From assembly GCA_000004985.1 (NCBI GenBank), contig GG738872.1: DNA of 64,000 bases; one strand, 5' to 3'. Both the position numbers and the translations under genes were made by a program. Below are positions 36,644 through 46,859 of the stretch, in pieces; the first letter of the stretch is position 1, and every line of letters begins with the position of its first letter. The notes beneath the pieces are model-generated. The model did no database searches, was not told the origin of the DNA, and worked only from the letters and a program-made list of their open reading frames with translations. The stretch comes from Naegleria gruberi (Eukaryota).

Positions 36644-39619
36644 TTAAATTTCCATTAGCATTGACTTTTCTGATGGAATTCTACTGATAACAGTTTCAGA
36701 GTCATCAATACTATTTCCACTATTACTTGGACTGCTGTATGAAGTGGTGTTCTTTTGATATTTTTCACTCATTTTCAATTGTTGATAATAATCTGGGAAT
36801 ATCCAATATTTAATACCATAGAAAATAAAATCAAATGCCAATGGAGTAACAACACACAACAAGTGAACAATCCAAAACTTTGGTGATTGAACGACAACAT
36901 ACCAAACATAGTATGTAAAATTAGCACTTGTTGAAATGAATTCAATACCAGCATAGGCAAATTGAAAACCATAATAAGTTATAAATGATAAAATCATACA
37001 TAAGTGATGAATAATTGTAATATTTTCCATTTCAAAATAACATTTCAAATTAACAACAATAAAAACACTTGAACAAATTAAGGTAGATAATGACCAAAGT
37101 CCATCATCTCTACCATCTGTTAAAAGTGAACTTGAATTATTTCCATAAATAGCAAAATAGAATATTATAGTAGCATGAATAATTCCACCTAAAATCCACT
37201 TGATAAAAGTAAACCAATTAAAAATGTAATCAGTTCTCAATTGAGCATATAACTTTGGACCAATCTCTGGATCTTCCAATAAATCTTCATTAACATCCTT
37301 TTCGAATAAACCAAATACGAAAGGATTCAATAAAGTGAAAACTAAATTATAAAAAGTTAAAACATATGAATCAGCAATAGTTTGACCAGAACTCATTGTA
37401 TAAAAAGCATAAAATATCTGAACAAATGATATTACAATATTCTTATAAAATGAATATTGAATAAATTGAGCTGATCTCTTATAGGAATACCTGCCATGTG
37501 TCACTAGTAATCTTTTTAACATGTAAAATTTAGGAATTGCATAATCAGATGCTAATTTAGCTTGTGAACCTTCTTTACCCATAATACCAACACCTATTTT
37601 AGCTTTTTGAATCATTGGAACATCATTAGCACCATCTCCAATTGCTAAACCATTTTTACCTAATTTCTTTTTTGCCAAATCAACAAGTTGTGATTTTTGT
37701 TTTGGTGTGGCACGACAACAAATGACAGTTTGACATTTCTTGACAAGTTCAATAAATAAATTTGATGTCTTTTCATTTTCCATACAGAAAGTGAATGAAT
37801 GTCCATCTAATATTAAGGCAATATCAATTTTAGAACTGTCAATTGTCAAATTTACAATTTCTTGAATGTAATGTGATATATATTTAGAACATGACACTTC
37901 GTCATGAATTGTTCCATCTTCACCATTCAATGAATAAATTTTTGATTCCTTTGATAGGAAATTTGACATTTGTGCAATATTAATAGCAGTTTCTCTTTTA
38001 TCACCTGTTAATAACCATAATTGTAAACCTGCATCAAGTAAAAATTTAATAGTTTCTGGAACATTTGGTTGTAAACAATCTTCAATTCCAGTTGCACCAA
38101 CAATATTTAAATTACTTTCCAATTCAAATTCACATTCTTCAATGGCTTGTTTTCTCCTCCTTGAAGACATGATTGATTTAGATGAATTATATTTAGTCAA
38201 CCAAGTATTAAATTCAATTGGTTCAATAAATTTAAATGCTAATAATAAAGTTCTTAATCCATCAATGGCAAAATTTAAAATATGTTGTTCTAATTGTTTT
38301 CTATCCTTTTCATTTTCAGTAGATTTAATGAATGGAAATAGAAAACTATCTGCTCCTTTTGTAAAACAAACATAAATTCCATTATTAGTTTCCATATTTG
38401 GAATTGCAAAGTTTGCCATTTTTCTATAAATGGGATAATCATTTAAAAATTCATTAGGAAATAAAAATATAGTTGACATTCTCTTTCTATCTGCTGTAAA
38501 TGGAATTTCGGCAAGTCTTTCAAAATGATACTCCTTTCCAAATATTTCCAAAATTGTCTTTTTTTCAGAATAACACTTGACTAGGAATCCATTATTTTGT
38601 GCACCCAAAACTAGTGCAACTTCATCAATACTTTCACCTTCAAAAATAGTTTTCAATTGTTCTGTTTGATTTTCCTTTTTAGATTTCTTTCTATTTTTAA
38701 CAATTTTCTCTCTAACTGAAACATTATGACATAGTGAAAGTAATAACAAAGTATTAAATGCTTGAAAGAATTCCATCTCATTGGTAAATGATAATTTTCT
38801 TTCTGAAATGATTGAATCCAATTCATTTTGAGTTAATTCATGAGCAGTATGTTTTTTCTTAGTATGGTAATCTCTCAATTTATCTAAAATTGATCCTAAT
38901 TGACCTTTACAAGTAAAATCATCATGAATATAATCATATGAAATACAACACTTTTTAAATACCATTGAATTTTCAGTCAATGTTCCAGTCTTGTCACTAA
39001 AAATGATATCAACTTGTGATAAGTCAGCATTTAAATCACTCGAAATGGAAAGTGAATTTAAAAATATTTTCTTATCTGAATCATGAGGATCTTGTTCATA
39101 AATTGCCATCTTATTATCCATTGTAATAAACCAAGCTTGAATCATTTTTACAAATTCCAATGAAACAAATAAAGAAACAGGAATCATTAAACTTAATAAA
39201 ATGAAATAAGTTAAAAATGATGAAATTACAAAACCAGTATCTGAAATTCCAATTGGAGTTGGTTGACCAGTATATGTTGCCTTTGTTTTAGCTTGTGTGA
39301 ATTCATAGTATCCCCCCAATCCAGCAAATAATAAACAACATGCAATTTGAATTGTAAATAAAATACCAACTGCATAATTTAACATGGCATTTACAAAACT
39401 AAATTTAACTTTTCCTTTTTGCATATTTTTCATAATTTTAGTATCAGATCCTGTATAGATTACAGTTCCATAGACAAATTGTGTACTTTTTAATATAGAT
39501 CCTTTTAAGAGTAAATTTTGATGTGAAAGTGGTATTTCATTATGAATATTTCCATTATTAGTAATTGTATTTCCATTATTAGTAGTAGTAGTAATATTAT
39601 TATCACCTTGAGGTTCATT
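36644..39619 (-). CDS. P4-type ATPase (phospholipid flippase), 5'-truncated by the assembly gap. The ORF runs from the gap side down to the stop at 36644.
   Basis: It has the DKTGTLT phosphorylation site, the P-type hinge GDGANDVPMIQKAKIGVGI, and C-terminal TM helices. The conserved LLLKGSILKSTQFVYGTVIYTGSDTKIMKN follows a poly-T/N insert. Two in-frame TAA codons lie between the coding part and the N-run at 39641, so the actuator domain and TM1-2 must lie in or beyond the gap. Confidence 0.8.
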   Translation of the reverse strand, partial: NEPQGDNNITTTTNNGNTITNNGNIHNEIPLSHQNLLLKGSILKSTQFVYGTVIYTGSDTKIMKNMQKGKVKFSFVNAMLNYAVGILFTIQIACCLLFAGLGGYYEFTQAKTKATYTGQPTPIGISDTGFVISSFLTYFILLSLMIPVSLFVSLEFVKMIQAWFITMDNKMAIYEQDPHDSDKKIFLNSLSISSDLNADLSQVDIIFSDKTGTLTENSMVFKKCCISYDYIHDDFTCKGQLGSILDKLRDYHTKKKHTAHELTQNELDSIISERKLSFTNEMEFFQAFNTLLLLSLCHNVSVREKIVKNRKKSKKENQTEQLKTIFEGESIDEVALVLGAQNNGFLVKCYSEKKTILEIFGKEYHFERLAEIPFTADRKRMSTIFLFPNEFLNDYPIYRKMANFAIPNMETNNGIYVCFTKGADSFLFPFIKSTENEKDRKQLEQHILNFAIDGLRTLLLAFKFIEPIEFNTWLTKYNSSKSIMSSRRRKQAIEECEFELESNLNIVGATGIEDCLQPNVPETIKFLLDAGLQLWLLTGDKRETAINIAQMSNFLSKESKIYSLNGEDGTIHDEVSCSKYISHYIQEIVNLTIDSSKIDIALILDGHSFTFCMENEKTSNLFIELVKKCQTVICCRATPKQKSQLVDLAKKKLGKNGLAIGDGANDVPMIQKAKIGVGIMGKEGSQAKLASDYAIPKFYMLKRLLVTHGRYSYKRSAQFIQYSFYKNIVISFVQIFYAFYTMSSGQTIADSYVLTFYNLVFTLLNPFVFGLFEKDVNEDLLEDPEIGPKLYAQLRTDYIFNWFTFIKWILGGIIHATIIFYFAIYGNNSSSLLTDGRDDGLWSLSTLICSSVFIVVNLKCYFEMENITIIHHLCMILSFITYYGFQFAYAGIEFISTSANFTYYVWYVVVQSPKFWIVHLLCVVTPLAFDFIFYGIKYWIFPDYYQQLKMSEKYQKNTTSYSSPSNSGNSIDDSETVISRIPSEKSMLMEI

Positions 39620-39640
39620 TTAATTGACCCCTTAATTTAT

Positions 39641-39980
39641 NNNNNNNNNNNNNNNNNNNNNNNNNNNNNNNNNNNNNNNNNNNNNNNNNNNNNNNNNNNN
39701 NNNNNNNNNNNNNNNNNNNNNNNNNNNNNNNNNNNNNNNNNNNNNNNNNNNNNNNNNNNNNNNNNNNNNNNNNNNNNNNNNNNNNNNNNNNNNNNNNNNN
39801 NNNNNNNNNNNNNNNNNNNNNNNNNNNNNNNNNNNNNNNNNNNNNNNNNNNNNNNNNNNNNNNNNNNNNNNNNNNNNNNNNNNNNNNNNNNNNNNNNNNN
39901 NNNNNNNNNNNNNNNNNNNNNNNNNNNNNNNNNNNNNNNNNNNNNNNNNNNNNNNNNNNNNNNNNNNNNNNNNNNNNNNN
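39641..39980. other. Assembly gap (340 N).
   Basis: A run of n characters. Confidence 0.99.
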
Positions 39981-40546
39981 ATGTACATATGTGATTCACC
40001 TTCATCTTCCTCTTCTATGGTATTATTATTATCATGTTGTTCCGATAATTTAAATGAATTATTACAATTTGATCCTGGTAATGATGAGGTTGCTGATGTT
40101 GGCATATTACTATTAGGTGATTGTAATATTATTATATTATTATTCTTATCATCTTGATGAGGTTGACCAGCTGATGATGGTGATTTAAGAATATTACTTG
40201 ATTGATGAGGAGATTGTTGTTGATAATAATAAGGATGATCATCTAAATGTAAGGGATCCAACAAACCAACTGAACTTCTATTTGAAAAGGAATCTAATAA
40301 TTCCCTATCTGATGATGAACCACCACTTGGAGTTGATACTCTATCTTTATGATAGTGTAAATCTATTGTTGTTGTTGTTGTTGTTGTTGTTGATGATTCC
40401 AACAAGTGTTGACGATTATTGTTGAATTCTGTATAATTTAAACCAACAACCATTTTCTTCTGGAGAACAGTTGTAAATATTTGATTAATGATAATAGAAA
40501 TTGCTCTAAATGTTGCACACAACTGTTGGTTGAGATTAAGCAACAA
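39981..40546 (-). CDS. Possible first exon (low-complexity cytosolic N-terminal tail) of the P4-ATPase gene, running into the gap.
   Basis: This ORF has the same orientation directly upstream of the gap. It is Q/S/T/N-rich with an acidic end (EEEDEGES). There is no conserved motif, so the assignment is tentative. Confidence 0.25.
40366..40392. repeat. (TGT/GTT)n microsatellite, ~9 units (encodes the poly-Thr on the minus strand).
   Basis: Direct reading: tgttgttgttgttgttgttgttgttg. Confidence 0.9.
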
Positions 40547-40994
40547 TGGAATCGAGTACTTTTTTCAAAATAGTTCTAATTATTGGAGGAGCATGTTGAG
40601 GACACACCCAATGATTCAATAGTCTCCGGTCTTATTAGGGTTGAATAATCCTTCATTATCGCTGTAATAATTCTTTCTAAGCAGCATTTGGAAGCGTAAC
40701 CACAATTGTTTCCCTACTATGTTATTGTTCAAAAAACAAGTTCGGTACAGCGGGAATAAATTTTAAAATACCGCGCCCAATAACTCGACAGAAACTGTGT
40801 ATTCTAATAATACTGTTGATGACATAAAATAGTATTGAAGAGAAATTAGATGAAATGATGTTAAAAAACTGTAGATTACCAATGAAATGTAGTGATGGAT
40901 TCTTATGTTGTATTACAATGAAACATCAATGCCCTTCAATTTATTTCTATCGCCCAAAACACATATTTTTGTGTGACCCTCAATGCTTCATCTT

Positions 40995-41143
40995 AATGCC
41001 AGGTTTTGAGATAAAAATTTTAAGGATTAGGAAATTGTGTGCGTTTGTATAGAATCACAAGGCATCAACAAGCAATTGCTAAAAGAAACTCATTTTCGTT
41101 AAATACAATGAACCAACATATCTCAAAACCTGGCATATTTTGA
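40995..41143. mobile_element. Candidate MITE-like element (~150 bp) bounded by 17-bp terminal inverted repeats (tgccaggttttgagat / atctcaaaacctggca).
   Basis: The inverted 16-17-mer pair lies at ~40996-41011 and ~41128-41143. The internal segment is AT-rich and non-coding. Its right two-thirds recur at 46088-46179. Confidence 0.3.
41049..41140 (+). repeat. Dispersed repeat, copy A (~92 bp).
   Basis: It matches 46088..46179 at ~93% identity in the same orientation (atagaatcacaaggcatcaacaagcaattgcta...aatacaatgaaccaac..atctcaaaacctggcatattt). Confidence 0.85.
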
Positions 41144-41769
41144 AATTTTCTGAGAATGAAGGCATATTGAATTAAGTTGCTAAAAAAACTTTTTCAAAGC
41201 CCAAATATGGTTATTCTTCCTCCTTCTTACTATTTTCAAAAATTAACAAGAACCTCTTGGTTCATGTAAATTCAACTTTTCAATTTCTTCAGCGTTTTCA
41301 AAAATGATCATCCTCATCATTATTTACCTGCAATACTTCCACTAAATCAATCTTTGTTGAAACGTGATGTATTGCACTCAATAGATAAGATTGCATGACA
41401 CATTTTCCTTTCAATCACACCAGCAATGACTGGTCCAGTATTCACACCAATTCTAATGTTCACAATGAGTTGATCATTCGAATTCCTTCATATAAATCAA
41501 TAGTTTATCATTCAAAGGATGAGACATTTCATAGAGTTTGTGATACCATAAATATATCTGTTGGATCCAAAACTGTTACATTTTGGAAAATAAATTTTGT
41601 TGAGCATTGTAAAAGTTTCTTGTATTTTCTTGAGTTGAAGAAGTTAAGTAATCGGTCATTACTTCTTCAATACCAAAACAATATTGAACTTTTGCATTGA
41701 ATGTAATTGTAATGTTGAGCTGTTGCAAGTATAATAGAACAGATTCATATCTTAATAAGGAGTAAATTT

Positions 41770-41819
41770 NNNNNNNNNNNNNNNNNNNNNNNNNNNNNNN
41801 NNNNNNNNNNNNNNNNNNN
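41770..41819. other. Assembly gap (50 N).
   Basis: A run of n characters. Confidence 0.99.
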
Positions 41820-41842
41820 CCTCGTTAGCTGCTGTGTAATTA

Positions 41843-43687
41843 CTAACCTAATAATTTACATACTTCATATAATAATTCAGCTTTCTTAATAGGCTTAATT
41901 AGAACCTTGTTGATACCTGTGTCAAGTAGAGAATTAATCTCCTCTTTCGCACTGTTTCCAGTTAAAGCTATTATTGTATTATTGGTGTTGTTATCTTTTT
42001 TTCTCTTCTAAGTATTCGTGTTGTTTCTAAACCATTCATGACTGGCATGATGACATCAAGGATGATAAAATCGAATTGAAAGGTCTCACACATTTTTAAA
42101 GCCTCCAATCCATTTTCAGCTTCCTCACAACTACATGATTTAAGAATGTTCTTTACAATATTTCGTATGATTTCATTATCATCAACTACCAAAGCTCGTT
42201 TTCCCACGAGTATTCCCTCTTGATATTTCAAATCTTCTTTTCGGATTTCTTGTTTGTAGGAAGGATGGGTGTATGGTATGGTTATGGTGAAGGTTGACCC
42301 CAATCTCTCAACTGACTCCACCTTAATAGAGTACTTGCATGAGTTTGTGAGAATGTTGAGAAGTACTTGCTGAATTTTGGTAGGATCTGAATACATCATT
42401 TCTGGAACGCTTTCGTCAACACATATTGTTACTTTCAGTTCTTCATGTTCGTATATCTTTACCATTTGGATAAGTTGATAAAGTTTATCTCTGAGGTTGA
42501 AGGTTGATACATTTAGTTTCATAAAGCCAGATTCTAGTTGGGAAATGTCAATTAAGTCATCCAACAGTTGAAGAATGTACTCTGTTGAAAAGTTGGATTG
42601 GATTTCTTAATTCATGGGACATATACGCTATAAATTTAGTTTTTTGTATTAGGTCCTCTTTTGTGGATTCATCGTTTACAGTTATTGCAAGATAAGGATC
42701 ATTTCTAAAAAAGAAACTACTAACAGATATGGAGATGGGAACCAACTCTTTGTTACAATCAAATTAACAAGATGCTTCTAAATATGGTTTACAATGAGTA
42801 TTTAGTCTACTTATTGATAAATCTACACCTGATCTTGTTCTTCTACTATTACAATTGGCGATTGTTTTCACTTTAAACCAAACACCGAGGCAGTGCTTCC
42901 TATCCACTTCAGACCATACAGTATTAGGTATCAAATCACAAATGTGAATTGGATTGGTAGTTATGTTGCCAATGTATGGTGGAAAGGAGACTCCAAACAG
43001 TTCTTTTGCACTCATATTCATTGCTACCACGTGTAATTCCCTGTTAACAACAATAATTCCCTCCTCTAATTCCCTAAATAATGCTAATGACAGTTCGGCT
43101 ATTCACTTTCCCCCAATAGTGGGTTGATTAAGTTATCAAATTGGTTATCACTATTAACAAAATGTGATTCATTTAAGGACTCACTATGCTGAAGCTCGTG
43201 CTCATATAACATGATCAAGTGGGCTAAAGAGTTTCCCAAATATGAGAGGATTGGAACCATCTCCTCATAGTATCCACCCTCCTTGTTAGCAAGTACCAAA
43301 ACACCCACTGTATCATAGCCAAACACGAGAGGTAAGCATAACGCGTTCTCCTTATCAGGATGGACAAGAGGCTTATCGTTTGTCCTAGGAGGCAAACTAT
43401 TGCAAATGATTGTTCTCTTTTCAAGGAATGCTTGAACAAAAAGTGCATGTGAGCCAACGGTTTTGAAAATTAATTTATCTGGAGCTTGAAGTTATCTCAG
43501 AAAAGCTCTTTAATTTTAACATCAAGGAATAGGTACTTGATGTTATCTCAGCTACCTGTTCCGAAAGGTGGCTCATTAAGCACCATTCGCTTACCCTGTT
43601 ATCAGAGTTTTGTAACAGTGTTTTAAAGCCTTGTTTGATGATTTCCATGAACTTGCTCTTCCAACTCTGTAGTGTGAATAAGCTCAT
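41843..43687 (-). pseudogene. Hybrid histidine kinase (GAF - HisKA - truncated HATPase_c - receiver), apparently disrupted: candidate pseudogene.
   Basis: Four consecutive minus-strand ORFs sit in different frames: 43099..43395 (GAF-like), 42764..43030, 42557..42745 (H-box AYMSHELRNP) and 41971..42564 (LIDISQLESG..., N-box LLNILTNSCKYS, receiver DDN...D...MPVMNG). The ATP-binding G1/F/G2 boxes are missing. The receiver domain is frameshifted by an 8-bp tandem duplication (tattattg tattattg at ~41969-41984). It resumes as PIIALTGNSAKEEINSLLDTGINKVLIKPIKKAELLYEVCKLLG, ending at the stop at ~41843-41845. Confidence 0.55.
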
Positions 43688-44226
43688 TTTTTTCAGTTTG
43701 GGCAGACTAACGAAAACTTTTTTTGGAAATATTCCATTAATAATAAGGCCTTATTAGTTAATTTACCAAAAGTATTTTATTTCCACAACACATGGTGGTA
43801 ATTTAGTTTTGAGAATGTTTTGCATCTCATTTGCAGTTCAATCCATTCTATCAAAGTCTGAACATACAAACTATCCATCATTACAATGATTAAAATAATT
43901 CAATAAAGTTCTTCAAAGTAAACTGATTGAATGCGTTTTTCTGAAAGGTAATTCACATCCTTCCCGCAACTTTCGCCACCGACTCTTCTTGATGGTTTCA
44001 GGTTGTAAAGATATTGAAATAAGGAACTAAACATGACAATGCATAGAATAAAATTAAGGCTTGAAAAATGAATTTAGAAGTAATAATGATTTTTTTGGAT
44101 GTTAAAGAGCTAGTTGTTTGATGATATATAGAACATTGTATCAATCTTTTAATATTTTACAAATGATCAACAAAAAACTTCTCATCAAACCCAGTTCCAT
44201 TCTTAACATTTTATTTTATGAAATGT

Positions 44227-45636
44227 TTAATTTACTTTCCTCACAATAAGAGGCCAACCAACTTGAATGACAACGAACTTGTGGATAGTTTTATCATTAT
44301 TGCCAAGTAATTCTTGTTCTTTTTTGGCATATTGTTTAACCTTAGAACTTGCCTCATTTAAGATACTTTCAACTTTAACATATTTGTTTGCCCATTTTTG
44401 AAAAACTAGCATATTCAATAACTGGCTTTCATCAGCTTGTAATAATTCTTTAAATTTTTCCTTAAACATATAAGGTTTCCAAATTCTAATAGTAGAATAT
44501 TGTGATAAATACATTGGTCTCAAACGTTTCAATTTAATGATAAATATGTCATTGTCGGTTGAAATAACAAGGTCAGCTCTTAATTCAGTATATTCTTTTC
44601 CATTGATATGATAATTTGTATATTCCTTTTCTGCTCTAAAAGTAAAATCTTTGCTTCTATATAAAGAATATGATCTCAATGCAGATTCAATACAAGATTG
44701 TAAACCTCTTTCAGACATATCATTGTCAAACACTGTTTCTTGCTTGCTTAAAATACTCCAAAGTAATTTTTTCAAATTATCTTGAGTTGGTTCATTAATA
44801 AAAGTTGATATATCACTTTCACGTAAAGATATAAGTCTACGTAACTGTTCCAAATATTGAACCTTTGTAATTTCATTTGGAATTAACAATTGTTTTGGAT
44901 TCATTTGTTTTGAGGATGATTCTGTGAAAGTAATCATACCATGATAATACATGAATGATAAAGCATTATCACGAATCTTTGATATATCCTCTTCATTGGA
45001 TGGTGGGTCAATGATCTCTCTTAATTTTAGTGAAGGATAAATAGACTCTGTTACTTCAATATAATCTTTAGACAGTAATTGTTGAATGATATCATTTGAT
45101 ACAACTGATGATGCCAAAGTTGCAAAAACATTCTCACTGATCATTATGTTGGTATCTGTTAATATTGATAATGGAATGTCTTGTTTTTGTAAAACAGCAT
45201 TTCTGAAAGGTTCATCTTTTACAAGTTTGTTCAAAAAGAACATTGAAAGAGTTGTGTTAAATAGAGCATGTTTTGAACCAGGAAAATGATAACCATTATA
45301 ATACTTTTTCATGGTTGAAATGGCAGTATCTTGATCATTTCCAAGAATATCAATATTATTCAATGCCATTCTCAGATCATTTTCTGTAAAACCAACCAAA
45401 CCACCAAATATCTTATCAAAGGAAATATTACTGGAAACATTATATCCAGATGCATCTGCAAGAGCAATAGGAGTGATACCAATGATTAAACTACGAAAAT
45501 CTTGTAAACCAACACCTGAAGACCATTTTAATTGTTCAAAGAAAGAACGAATTGGTGNNNNNNNNNNNNNNNNNNNNNNNNNNNNNNNNNNNNNNNNNNN
45601 NNNNNNNAAAAGGATTACAGTTGGAATAAATGGCAC
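44227..45636 (-). CDS. AAA-ATPase_like (PF09820-type) C-terminal region followed by a PD-(D/E)XK nuclease-like (DUF1703/PDDEXK_9-type) domain. The 5' end is interrupted by the gap.
   Basis: Family signatures are GITPIALADASGYNVSSNISFDKIFGGLVGFTENDL...KKYYNGYHFPGSKHALFNTTLSMFFLNKL, and further downstream ELRADLVISTDNDIFIIKLKRLR (D...E.K). The N-run 45558-45607 falls inside the ORF. A weakly related upstream ORF 45807..46055 (EIIEK...FMYPISNFI) sits in another frame. Confidence 0.5.
   Translation of the reverse strand: MPFIPTVILXXXXXXXXXXXXXXXXXXPIRSFFEQLKWSSGVGLQDFRSLIIGITPIALADASGYNVSSNISFDKIFGGLVGFTENDLRMALNNIDILGNDQDTAISTMKKYYNGYHFPGSKHALFNTTLSMFFLNKLVKDEPFRNAVLQKQDIPLSILTDTNIMISENVFATLASSVVSNDIIQQLLSKDYIEVTESIYPSLKLREIIDPPSNEEDISKIRDNALSFMYYHGMITFTESSSKQMNPKQLLIPNEITKVQYLEQLRRLISLRESDISTFINEPTQDNLKKLLWSILSKQETVFDNDMSERGLQSCIESALRSYSLYRSKDFTFRAEKEYTNYHINGKEYTELRADLVISTDNDIFIIKLKRLRPMYLSQYSTIRIWKPYMFKEKFKELLQADESQLLNMLVFQKWANKYVKVESILNEASSKVKQYAKKEQELLGNNDKTIHKFVVIQVGWPLIVRKVN
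45558..45607. other. Assembly gap (50 N).
   Basis: A run of n characters. Confidence 0.99.
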
Positions 45637-46087
45637 AGCTTAAATATTTGAATTGTTATTATAAATAACCAATGTAATGAAGGCAATATAGGTTGCTGAG
45701 AGAAACTCCCAGAAAAAATCTCAACACAAATTCAAATTCTGCAACATGGTTGTTCACACAATTTCTTAATTTGGCAATATAGATACCGATTATATTATCA
45801 CCATATTTATATATTTTCTATTTTAATAAATTTCCTATATTTAAGCTTTCCTAAAGTCTGGTAAATAAATATTACAAAAAAATGCAAACTCAATTCTGTC
45901 AACATAGGTATTACAAAAATCCTCATAAATCTGAGTGATTGGAAATTTGTTAAGCCACAAATAATGAAATTTGAAATAGGATACATAAATTGAGAACTCA
46001 TCATTTTTTCAATAATTTCCTGAGCAGATGCTGAATTGAGATGCATGGTCATCAACTTTCCAACTTGCTCATAAGGAAAATCTGTTC

Positions 46088-46179
46088 ATACAATCACAAG
46101 ACATCAACAAGCAATTGCTAATAGAAATCCATTTTCGTTAAATACAATGAACCAACGAATCTCAAAACCTGGCATATTT
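46088..46179 (+). repeat. Dispersed repeat, copy B (~92 bp).
   Basis: A direct copy of 41049..41140 lying 5.0 kb downstream. It carries only one arm of the 17-mer TIR. Confidence 0.85.
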
Positions 46180-46859
46180 GCTTCATCTTTGTTTACTCAT
46201 TTGAATGAAAGCCAAATGATTCTCTCTTTCATAAATATTAGCCGTTGATATTATAATGCAAAATTGAAAAGACAATTTAGGCTGAGTGTTACTCTTAAAT
46301 ATTAAACATTTCAATTTCTTATATTATGGAGTATTTGATTTTTTGAACTGTTTGCACTGAATATTGAAACAAGCATCAATTAAGATCTTTTAGCAAGGAG
46401 AATGATAAAAGACTTTTATATTATTTATAACTATCTTAACATCCTCATTCCCTTATCAAATGTTTATTCAACATTACAATTCATTTATCTACAGTAAAGA
46501 TGATCTCATTTAGTAAGAGGTCATCATTATCAAAGCAGAAGGAGTAACAACGATGATAGAATCTTTTGTAAACTTTATCCATGTTGAATAAAATAGTCAG
46601 TTTATCTAAAAGAGTACTCATTGCACACTTCAACGTTCACAATCTTCCAATCAATAACAAACATCATCTGGCAGATTTTATTGTAAACACACTCCCACAG
46701 GCCTATTATTACACAACTTCTTTTCAAATGTGATGAAAGTGAGTTACAGTTACTATTCAACAAATGAACACTTTGAATAAAAGATTTTCTTGTTGACAAA
46801 TAAAGGATTTTTCAAAGCCTCTCTTCTTGTGAGTACTCCGAATTAAAAGACTAAAAAAA

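Noticed and set aside
39542-40005. ORFs translated as strings of X across the N-run (39542..39994+, 39637..40005-)
   Set aside because: They are artefacts of reading through the assembly gap.
40198-40425. Plus-strand ORF ending in LLLLLLLLL
   Set aside because: It is produced by the (GTT)n microsatellite. The opposite strand is the plausible poly-Thr coding tail of the flippase N-terminal exon.
40560-40860. Moderately GC-richer non-coding stretch (cagcgggaat...taccgcgcccaataactcgac) upstream of the flippase, considered as a possible ncRNA or element
   Set aside because: It has no recognisable structure, repeat or conservation that I can assess from sequence alone. It is most simply the promoter/5' region of the flippase gene.
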